NCBI GenBank assembly: GCA_003327425.1
Contig: QOQW01000028.1
Location: 8,703-72,702 of the forward strand
Direction of reading: 5' to 3'
DNA: 64,000 bases
Source: Candidatus Ozemobacter sibiricus
GTDB taxonomy: Bacteria; Muiribacteriota; Ozemobacteria; Ozemobacterales; Ozemobacteraceae
In this document: piece after piece, positions 19,154 to 26,736 of the stretch
Layout: each line of letters begins with the position of its first letter
Numbering within the stretch: position 1 is the stretch's first letter
Notes under the pieces: model-generated
What the model saw: the letters and a program-made list of their open reading frames with translations, nothing else
The model's database searches: none
Told to the model about the DNA's origin: nothing
Translations under genes and position numbers: made by a program

Positions 19154-20194
19154 ATGTCATCGATCCGGTGGTCGACGGTTCTGCTGTGCTGTCTGTGGCT
19201 GGCTGCCAGCGTGGCGGCCGGCGCCGCCCCGCTCGACGAGGGCAAGGCACTGGAGAAGGCCGGCCAGCTCGAGAAGGCGCTGACCGTCTATCTGGACGGC
19301 CTCAAGACCGCGCCGTCCGAAGAACTCTACCGGGAAGCCGGCACCCTTCTCGGAAAGCTGCAGCGCTATCCGCAAGCCATCCCTCTCCTTCAGGAAGGCA
19401 TTGGGAAGTTTCCCGAGTCGACGGCGCTGATGAACCTGCTCGGCCTCGTCAAATTCAAGACCGGGGCCACCGCCGAGGCCCGGGCGCTCTGGGAGAAAGT
19501 GCTGGCGCGCAACCCCAACAACTCGTTCGCCAAGGAGTGGCTGGCCAAGGTGACGTCGGCCGGCGCCCCTGCCGCGCCGGCGGCCGCGGCCACCGGCGGC
19601 GCGTCGCCCGCCGCCCGCCCGCCGGCCAACGAAGAGCCGACGAACGCTCTGGCCGGCGATCCGGCGGACAAACTGCCGTTGGCCGAGCAGGAAGCGCTCG
19701 CCAAGAAGTTGTACAAAGAGATGGCCGCGCTCGACAAGTACGAGCTGGCCCAGTTCGACACCCTGCATCGCACCGTCATCCGGAAATGTCCCGACACCGA
19801 TTTCGCCGAACAGTCCTGCTGGCGTCTGTCCAACATGTACCTGATGGCCGAAGACGAGCCCAACCACCAAGGCATCATCGAGGTGCTGGAGCATCTGATC
19901 AAGACCTATCCGAATTCTCCCCTCATCCCCGAGGCCAAGAACCGGTTGCTTCAGTCCTATCGGGCGACCGGCCAGCACGATCGCGTCGCGGCCTTCTACG
20001 AAGAGCTGTTCAAGCTCAATCCCAACCCCGATGAGAAGGAGTACATGACCTGGGCCCTCGAATATGCCGAGGCCCTGGCCGGTCTCAATCGCAAAGATCA
20101 GGCTCGGGCCCTCTATGAGAAAATCATCCAGATGGATGACAATCGCGACCAGCTCGAAGCGCGAGTAGCCAGAGAACGCCTGGCCGGGCTGTGA
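19154..20194 (+). CDS. Secreted TPR-repeat protein
   Basis: AGGAGG RBS 6 nt before ATG 19154 (MSSIRWSTVLLCCLWLAASVAAGAAP signal peptide). Multiple TPR-like repeats. Ala/Pro-rich linker. Confidence 0.7.
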   Translation: MSSIRWSTVLLCCLWLAASVAAGAAPLDEGKALEKAGQLEKALTVYLDGLKTAPSEELYREAGTLLGKLQRYPQAIPLLQEGIGKFPESTALMNLLGLVKFKTGATAEARALWEKVLARNPNNSFAKEWLAKVTSAGAPAAPAAAATGGASPAARPPANEEPTNALAGDPADKLPLAEQEALAKKLYKEMAALDKYELAQFDTLHRTVIRKCPDTDFAEQSCWRLSNMYLMAEDEPNHQGIIEVLEHLIKTYPNSPLIPEAKNRLLQSYRATGQHDRVAAFYEELFKLNPNPDEKEYMTWALEYAEALAGLNRKDQARALYEKIIQMDDNRDQLEARVARERLAGL

Positions 20195-20329
20195 AGCGAC
20201 AGGCTCGCACCCTGATTTGCGGGTTTTTCTGCTACAATTGAGAGAAATCCCTCCCTGGCCGGGCGGAAACTTTTTCTGTCGGCCTTACGTATCTATCAAC
20301 ACACAAGAGATTTTGAACAGGGGGTAGGT

Positions 20330-22867
20330 ATGCCGAGACTCTCTCCAAGGTACAGGCCGTGGGTGATCCTGTTCGCGCTGTGGCTCATGTTCGAGCCGGT
20401 GGTGGTGACGATGGTGCGGGCCCAGGAACTGCCCCAGCCGGTCATCAATACCCAGAAAGTCGATGGCATCCAGAACATCGACGAGGTGATGACCCCGGCG
20501 GAATACCTCGAGTACATGCTCGAGCTGCAGCAGGCATCCACCAAAGAAGAGCTGGAAACCAAGGTCTGGGGCGACTGGCTGATGACCATCACCGGCGCCT
20601 ACATGCTCATGGATGCCGGGTGTCAGGATGTCTTCTCGTTCTATTCCGCCCTCCGCAGCGCGACCGATGTGGCGGGGTCGGCGCCCGACGTGGTCGATTT
20701 CCTCAAGCTGGCGGTCAAGAAGGTCCATCTGCTGGTGGCGTTCGTCGGCCGGACCACCGGGGCGTTGCGCGGCTTGTCGATGTTCAACGGCTTCCTGCGC
20801 GCGACCGCACGCGCGCGCCAGGTTCTCAATAAAAGCCGCGTGTGGAAGTTCCTGGAGTTCATGGCGCCGCCCCCCTGCTGGCACAATCCCAAAGTCGCCG
20901 GGGAAGGCTTCAAATCCTACTGGCGATGGGTGCAGAAGAAAACCGTGAATCCTAGCGGGAAGGGCCTGGGGCGAGGACGGTACATCAGCGATACCAAGGG
21001 CATCGCCCAGACGGTCGGCATCGGCCTGGTGGTGTTGGGAATCGCCCTTGATGCCTACGCGATCAGCCAGTCGGAAGATCGCAAAGGCGGTCGGCTGTTT
21101 TCCTACGATCTGGTCAAAAGCTATGTGGGCATTGCGCTCGGGGTCGCCACCCTGGTGGCGATGTTCTGCATTCCCATCGTGGGTCAGGTAGTAGCTATCG
21201 CGACGCTGATCTGGGTCATCCTCTCCCAGGTCGGCGACCTTCTGGGGGAATACAACAAGCGCTGGAAGGAAGCCTACAAGAACTCCTACTGGTTCCTCCA
21301 TCAGAATGATCCCACCTTCCGGACATTCTATGAGAACCGCGGGCAGTTGAAGCGTGAAGAGAAGGCGCTTTCCCTGCTGCTGGCCGAACGCGACTACGGC
21401 GAACTGGCCCGGCAACCGCAACCCACTGAAGAATCCGAGAAGAAACTGTGGGAAAACGGCAAGAAGGTCTTCGAAGCCCTCGAGAAGCAGGGGGTGTTGA
21501 TGACCTACTATGCTCAGACCGGGTTCACCCTTCCCGACTTCGATATCAACCGCCTCCAGGACCTGTGGAATCGCAAGGCCGATTTCATGGCCTGGAAACC
21601 CACCGAAGCCGAGGCGGAAGCGGCGAAGGATCGCGGGTTCTGGGGCAATCTCGGCCATGCCATCAACCCCAAGACCTGGATCGCCTGGGCCGGCGACAAG
21701 ATCAACTCCCGCGGTTTCGACAAAGAGCTGCAAAACAAAGATGTCAAGCCCGTCTTCTTCAATCCTGACTATGTCCTGGTCAAGAAGTACAAGAATTATC
21801 TGATGGGGAATGACCTGAAGGGCGGCATCTATGACACCGTCGGCCTGCGCATCGAACAGTCGCCGTTCAACTACATCCCGCTGGTCGGCATCGACACCGC
21901 GGCCTGGTCGGAAGCGCTGCTGAAAGAGGCCTTCAATGCCGATGCCTTCCAGGTCGGGGTGAAGGAGATGATGTACTTCCGGGAGCAGGTCAAGGCAGCC
22001 AATGAGTCGCTCAAGAAAGTGATCCACGAGAATGATGAAGCCATCGAGAAGATCGTCAAGAATGACCTGCCCCAGACCGTCAAGACCCGGGAAGCGCTGG
22101 CCGCCCTGCTCGAGGCCTACAACAGCGATCCCGACCGGGTCAATGACAGTCTCAAACGGCAGATCCGCTCAGCGTTCGGATGGCGGTGGAATGATCGCAA
22201 CGGCCCGGCGACCCCTCGCAACATCATCAAGTTCTATCAGCCCGACATCGAGCAGTTGTTGACCTATGTTCCGCTCAGCGTCGCCCAGAAAGCGGCCGAG
22301 GCCATCCTGATCCTGGTCAACCTCAAGCGTACGCTCGATACCGCCCGCCTCATGCGGATGCTCGGGGAAGAGAAGCGAGAAGTGCTGCGCGACTTCGACA
22401 ACGAGTTCAAGAATGCGGCCATCAAGGAATACCTCAGGAAGGGGACATTCCTCAACGTCAAGGGCAAGACGTTCATGGATTGGCTGGGCGGCATCTACCC
22501 GGCGTATGAAGAACTCGAGAAGTTCACCAACCTCTACTGGCGCGAGGTCGAAGCCTATTCGGGCAATGCCGACACGGCCAATTCGACCACCCGCGAGCGC
22601 TTCTTGTGGTTTGACAAGGAAGTGACGCATCCCCGCGAACTCCTCAAGCAGCTCAATGACGAGCTGAAAGAACTCAAGGAGCTGACCGAGGCCTATGAAG
22701 GGGTGAAGGACACACTCAACCTTCGCATGCCGATCGCCGACCATCCCGAGTTCAAGAACGGGGTCTACCGCCAGGATGGGTACACCCTCGATTGGGATGC
22801 CTCCCAGTTGATGGATGTGAACAACCCCATCATGGCCCCTACGACACCTGATATGCTTCCTGAATAG
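20330..22867 (+). CDS. 845-aa secreted/membrane protein of unknown function (Lys/Glu-rich, internal hydrophobic hairpins)
   Basis: Own AT-rich upstream region. Signal peptide. Two strongly hydrophobic stretches mid-protein (IAQTVGIGLVVLGIALDAYAI and VGIALGVATLVAMFCIPIVGQVVAIATLIWVIL). Long charged helical C-terminal half. GC clearly below the local average. Confidence 0.7.
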   Translation: MPRLSPRYRPWVILFALWLMFEPVVVTMVRAQELPQPVINTQKVDGIQNIDEVMTPAEYLEYMLELQQASTKEELETKVWGDWLMTITGAYMLMDAGCQDVFSFYSALRSATDVAGSAPDVVDFLKLAVKKVHLLVAFVGRTTGALRGLSMFNGFLRATARARQVLNKSRVWKFLEFMAPPPCWHNPKVAGEGFKSYWRWVQKKTVNPSGKGLGRGRYISDTKGIAQTVGIGLVVLGIALDAYAISQSEDRKGGRLFSYDLVKSYVGIALGVATLVAMFCIPIVGQVVAIATLIWVILSQVGDLLGEYNKRWKEAYKNSYWFLHQNDPTFRTFYENRGQLKREEKALSLLLAERDYGELARQPQPTEESEKKLWENGKKVFEALEKQGVLMTYYAQTGFTLPDFDINRLQDLWNRKADFMAWKPTEAEAEAAKDRGFWGNLGHAINPKTWIAWAGDKINSRGFDKELQNKDVKPVFFNPDYVLVKKYKNYLMGNDLKGGIYDTVGLRIEQSPFNYIPLVGIDTAAWSEALLKEAFNADAFQVGVKEMMYFREQVKAANESLKKVIHENDEAIEKIVKNDLPQTVKTREALAALLEAYNSDPDRVNDSLKRQIRSAFGWRWNDRNGPATPRNIIKFYQPDIEQLLTYVPLSVAQKAAEAILILVNLKRTLDTARLMRMLGEEKREVLRDFDNEFKNAAIKEYLRKGTFLNVKGKTFMDWLGGIYPAYEELEKFTNLYWREVEAYSGNADTANSTTRERFLWFDKEVTHPRELLKQLNDELKELKELTEAYEGVKDTLNLRMPIADHPEFKNGVYRQDGYTLDWDASQLMDVNNPIMAPTTPDMLPE

Positions 22868-22884
22868 GTCGGAAGGAACCATTT

Positions 22885-22920
22885 CCCCTCTCTCCCCCTG
22901 TGAGAGGGGGGAATTTTTTT
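22885..22920 (+). terminator. Rho-independent terminator after the 845-aa gene
   Basis: CCCCTCTC-tccccctgt-GAGAGGGG followed by GGAATTTTTTT. Confidence 0.7.
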
Positions 22921-23142
22921 GCGAACATAGTTGTGGTAACTTTGCCTCATGATGGGGCACATGGGCTCGAAAAATCACCCGGTCTGGTTTGCCCCCCCCT
23001 CCAAATGATTGCGTTGAACAGGGCTTTGGGATACATTCATGACAGATGATCGGGCCATTCCACATGAGTACGGAATTTGCGAGAACGAGGGCGACCGGTT
23101 GTCATGCTCCATTGTTACTCGCCCAGCACTAGGAGGACTGGA

Positions 23143-23604
23143 ATGCGACCACCCCGTCGAAACGGTCAGGCTCTGGTCGAAATGGCTCTGATCCTTCCGG
23201 TGTTCCTCTTGGTATTCATGGCCATCATCGACCTGGGTCGGGTTCTCCACGTCTATACCGCCATCCATCACCAATGTGTCGAGGCCGCTCGGGTCGCTTC
23301 GCGACGCTTGAACTTGCGAGCGTACACCTCCTGGTATTCCTCGACCACCCATACTCCTCTCCCCGAGGTTCAGGCGACCTTCCGAAAATACGCTTCTCCC
23401 CTGGCTCCCCGAACCGAATTCCAGGCCAAGGGCGAGACGCCGGGGGTGGTCTACGCCACCCTCACCAATGTCGGGAACAATCAACCGTTCGTGAAAGTCG
23501 AGGCCTATACCCATGTGACGCCCATCACCCCGCTGGTCGCCCGATTCTTCGGAAATCGGCGCACCTTGCGGGTCAGCGCCGAATCCTTCCAGGACAAGGA
23601 ATGA
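23143..23604 (+). CDS. TadE-like protein (Flp-pilus-assembly / pseudopilin family)
   Basis: AGGAGG RBS before ATG 23143. N-terminal TadE motif GQALVEMALILPVFLLVFMAIIDLGRV. Confidence 0.7.
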   Translation: MRPPRRNGQALVEMALILPVFLLVFMAIIDLGRVLHVYTAIHHQCVEAARVASRRLNLRAYTSWYSSTTHTPLPEVQATFRKYASPLAPRTEFQAKGETPGVVYATLTNVGNNQPFVKVEAYTHVTPITPLVARFFGNRRTLRVSAESFQDKE

Positions 23605-23617
23605 GCGGAGGCCGCGC

Positions 23618-24700
23618 ATGAAGACCATCTCAAGAGTGTCCCGGCCCGACCGAGGAAGTATCCTGTTCCTGTCCACTCTCGGCCTGATGCTTCTTTTCGC
23701 CATCATGGCCCTCGCCATCGACGTCGGATACATGTACTACCAGAAAGCCCGCATCGAAACCGCCGTCAATGCCGGGTGGAAAGCGGGCATCGATTACACC
23801 GCGCTGATCCTGCCTTCCAGCAGCGTGAACGGGGTGCTGACCACCGCTGGTCGCGATCAGGTCAGGAACCACGTGAAGCAGGTGATCGATCTGAACTATC
23901 CAGGCATCACGGTTCTGACCACCTTCCCGACCCCCAACACCAATCGCTTGCGGGTTCAGGGCACCTACCCGTTCGGCCTCTTCTTTTCCCGTCTCATCTG
24001 GCGGAATGCCACCACCGTGGCGGCTGAACGAGGCGGTCCCGGTGGAGACGCGGGCGGAGACGGCGTCATTCCCATCGGCATCCCCCATGGCCGGATGGTC
24101 CAGTACAATCAGCAATACTACGATGTCACCATGTTCGGCCCCGGTCAGGGGTTCAACCCCGGCGAAGAGTACATCCTCCGCCTCGGGCGCACCGGCAGCG
24201 ACAATCCTCCGAAGTACAAGCCTCCTTCCGGGGCTGATCAATGGCATGTCGCCGGATCGCTCGACTTCGGCAGCGGCGCGTCCGATTACGAGTGGTTTTT
24301 CAAGTATGGGTATCCAGGGCAGATCAGTGTGAACAACCGCGTTTGGACCGGCCTGGGCGAAGCCCATGGCCCGACTGACGTCGCCCGCGATTTCCGCGCG
24401 GCCGATCCCAACCGGCGCATGGTGATCATTCCAATTCTCGATGCGGCGCCCGATGTCAATCCGATCAATGAACTCCAGCCGCGGTCGCTGACTCGCGTCA
24501 TCGGGTTCGCTCAGTTCGAGATCATGTCGCAGAACGAATACACGAGCATCGCGGTCGAAGACGGCGGGCTCGGGCTGATCAATCCCACCAAAGATACGGG
24601 GCAGGTGCGCGGGCGATTCGTCCGATACCTCATTCACCCTGACGAGGCGGCCAGTCAGCTCACCACCGATGGGCCAATCATCTCTCCCACCGGGAAGTGA
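23618..24700 (+). CDS. TadG-like / Tad_N-domain pilus-assembly protein
   Basis: N-terminus RGSILFLSTLGLMLLFAIMALAIDVGYMYYQKARIETAVNAG matches the putative Flp-pilus-assembly TadG N-terminal domain. Gene starts 14 nt after the TadE-like gene. Confidence 0.65.
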   Translation: MKTISRVSRPDRGSILFLSTLGLMLLFAIMALAIDVGYMYYQKARIETAVNAGWKAGIDYTALILPSSSVNGVLTTAGRDQVRNHVKQVIDLNYPGITVLTTFPTPNTNRLRVQGTYPFGLFFSRLIWRNATTVAAERGGPGGDAGGDGVIPIGIPHGRMVQYNQQYYDVTMFGPGQGFNPGEEYILRLGRTGSDNPPKYKPPSGADQWHVAGSLDFGSGASDYEWFFKYGYPGQISVNNRVWTGLGEAHGPTDVARDFRAADPNRRMVIIPILDAAPDVNPINELQPRSLTRVIGFAQFEIMSQNEYTSIAVEDGGLGLINPTKDTGQVRGRFVRYLIHPDEAASQLTTDGPIISPTGK

Positions 24701-24786
24701 ACGGTGAGCGTCGGCGGCTTGGCGAACGCCAAGGGCCTGGCCTGATCGCCAGACCCGTCGGGGGGGCTGTTCCTTCGGGCGAACGG

Positions 24787-26400
24787 TCAGTCGGCGCCGA
24801 TGCGGTCGAGGGCATCCTGAGCGGCTTCGACGACACCGGGGTCAGGGTCGGCAAGCGCCTCTTCCACGGCGCTGAAGGCCGGTTTGGCCGTGGGGCCGAA
24901 TTCCCCCAGCAGGCGCAGGGTGCGACGGCGCAGGTTGGGATCGGGGTCGGCCAGTTTTTCGGCCAGGCGAGGAATGGCCGGGGCGCCGAGCGCCAGCAGA
25001 TCGGCCTTCCCCTGGGCCGCCGTGGCGTCATCATCGCTCAGGAAGCGGGCCATCGCCTCATCGAGGCCGACCTGGACGGCGGGGGCGGCGGCCGAAGCAG
25101 GGCCGGGCGCAGGGGAGGGACCGGTCGGCGCTGCCGGCGGTGGGGCTGAGCCCTGGCCCGCGGCCCGCGGCCCACTGGTGGAGGGCGTGAGGGGGCCGGC
25201 GGCGCGCGATGCCGGAGCGGCCGCGGGGGCGTTCGACCCAGCCGGCCCTCTCGCCGAAGACTGGCCGGAAATGCCGGTCTGATCGCCGTAAGGATCATCG
25301 GCCTCGCCGTTCCCGGTCGCTTCGTCGGTATGATCGGCCGCGTCTTCCTGGCCGGGGTCGGTCGCTTCGGTCGCCTCGGTGGGCGTGCGTCGAGAGCCTT
25401 GGGTGTCAACGCGGCTGCCCGCCTGCGGGGTGTGGTTGGTGGTCGAGGCGCCAGGCGGAGACGACGGACCCGGAGGGCGGACACCCTGGATGGGCGCTGG
25501 CCTGGATGAAGAGGGGGTGGTGGAAGGGGCCGAGGGTTGGGGGGCTGGTGCTTGGGGCGCGTTCCCTGAACTCCCGGTTTTTGGCGAGGCCGCGGGTGGC
25601 GGAGGGGAATCGTCGGCATACGGGTCGGCCGTCGGCGCAGGGGGCGGCGGTGGGGGAGGGACCGCGACGACATCGAGGCGGGCGGCGGCCATCGCTTCGT
25701 GGAAGGCCTTGGCCTTCAGCGAATCGGCCTGCTGCAGTCCTTGCAGGACTTCCGAGGCTTCTTTGGCCCGGCGGGTCTGCAAGGCCAGCCGGCCCATCGC
25801 CGACCAGGCCTCGATCAGCTGCGGGTCGAGCTTGAGCGCTCGCCGAAAGGCCTGGAAGGCCTCGTCGAACCGTTCGCGCGCCGCCTGCAGTTCCCCCAGG
25901 ATCAGATGAGGCCGGGGATCATCGGGGATGAGCTGGGCGGCTTTCAGGAGCGCGGCGTTGGCCCGGTCGGGGGCGCCGTTGGCCACCTGGCTGCGAGCCA
26001 GTTGGCAATAGGCCTCGCCGAGGGTGTGGTCGTCATAGCCCTGGCTCTCGGCCATGGGCAGGGCGGCCTCCAGGATCTCGGCGCACGGCTGGAAAAGGTC
26101 GAGTTCATAGTACAATCCGCCCAGCTCGAGCGCCGCTTCGGCCGAGGAAGGGTCGATGGTCAGCGCCTGGCGGTACTCGGCGATGGCCAGATCGTTCTTC
26201 CCCTTCTCGCGGAGGGCGCGGGCTTTGGTCAGATGCTTCGCGGCGGCCTTGGTCATCTTCTGGGTCTGCACGCTGACCACCGGGCCGGCCGGTTTGGGCT
26301 TCGCCCGACGGGAGGCGGCCAGCGCGGAACCGGTCAGACCGGTTCCCAGAAAGCATCCGAGCAGGAGCACCAGTGCTGGTTGCGAACAGACTCTCGCCAT
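24787..26400 (-). CDS. Secreted TPR-repeat protein with a long Pro/Ala/Ser-rich linker and C-terminal HEAT/PBS-lyase-like repeats
   Basis: Signal peptide at internal Met 26400 (MARVCSQPALVLLLGCFLGTGLTGSALAA). TPR repeats. PPPPPPPAPT... low-complexity segment. C-terminal ADPDPNLRRRTLRLLGEFG / ADPDPGVVEAAQDALDRIG repeats. Confidence 0.7.
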   Translation of the reverse strand: MARVCSQPALVLLLGCFLGTGLTGSALAASRRAKPKPAGPVVSVQTQKMTKAAAKHLTKARALREKGKNDLAIAEYRQALTIDPSSAEAALELGGLYYELDLFQPCAEILEAALPMAESQGYDDHTLGEAYCQLARSQVANGAPDRANAALLKAAQLIPDDPRPHLILGELQAARERFDEAFQAFRRALKLDPQLIEAWSAMGRLALQTRRAKEASEVLQGLQQADSLKAKAFHEAMAAARLDVVAVPPPPPPPAPTADPYADDSPPPPAASPKTGSSGNAPQAPAPQPSAPSTTPSSSRPAPIQGVRPPGPSSPPGASTTNHTPQAGSRVDTQGSRRTPTEATEATDPGQEDAADHTDEATGNGEADDPYGDQTGISGQSSARGPAGSNAPAAAPASRAAGPLTPSTSGPRAAGQGSAPPPAAPTGPSPAPGPASAAAPAVQVGLDEAMARFLSDDDATAAQGKADLLALGAPAIPRLAEKLADPDPNLRRRTLRLLGEFGPTAKPAFSAVEEALADPDPGVVEAAQDALDRIGAD

Positions 26401-26461
26401 CGTTCTCCACCCCTCCACCGCAAGTCTGGACAGCGCACGGACGACCATGCTCCGGCGGTCC

Positions 26462-26500
26462 TCTCGGGATTATACAAGGAACGTTCCTGGCGAGGCCACC
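26462..26500 (-). promoter_or_regulatory. Candidate extended -10 promoter (TGTATAAT) with an adjacent perfect 10-bp palindrome GGAACGTTCC (putative operator) upstream of the TPR/HEAT gene
   Basis: Minus strand reads ...GCCAGGAACGTTCCTTGTATAATCCCGAGAG..., about 65 nt upstream of ATG 26400. Confidence 0.3.
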
Positions 26501-26682
26501 ATCCATACAGAGCGCCTTGCTTGAGCGGCGGCCAGAGAGGTGGGAATCTCCTTGCGGCGGCCATGGCCAGAGGGGCTAGATTCTTGGATCCGCGCCTGCC
26601 GACCCCCGTTCAGCGGGTTGGGCGGCCGCCTGGCGGCTGGCCAGGGAGGCTCCGGCGCAGGCCAGGGATCGGCGGCGCCAGG

Positions 26683-26716
26683 AAAAGCCCCTCGCCCGCG
26701 GGGGGGGCGAGGGGCG
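26683..26716 (-). terminator. Rho-independent terminator downstream of the xanthine-dehydrogenase-family operon
   Basis: Minus strand reads GCCCCTCGCCC-cccccg-CGGGCGAGGGGC followed by TTTTCC. About 25 nt after the stop at 26737. Confidence 0.45.
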
Positions 26717-26736
26717 TGAGTATCGCGGAAAACGGC

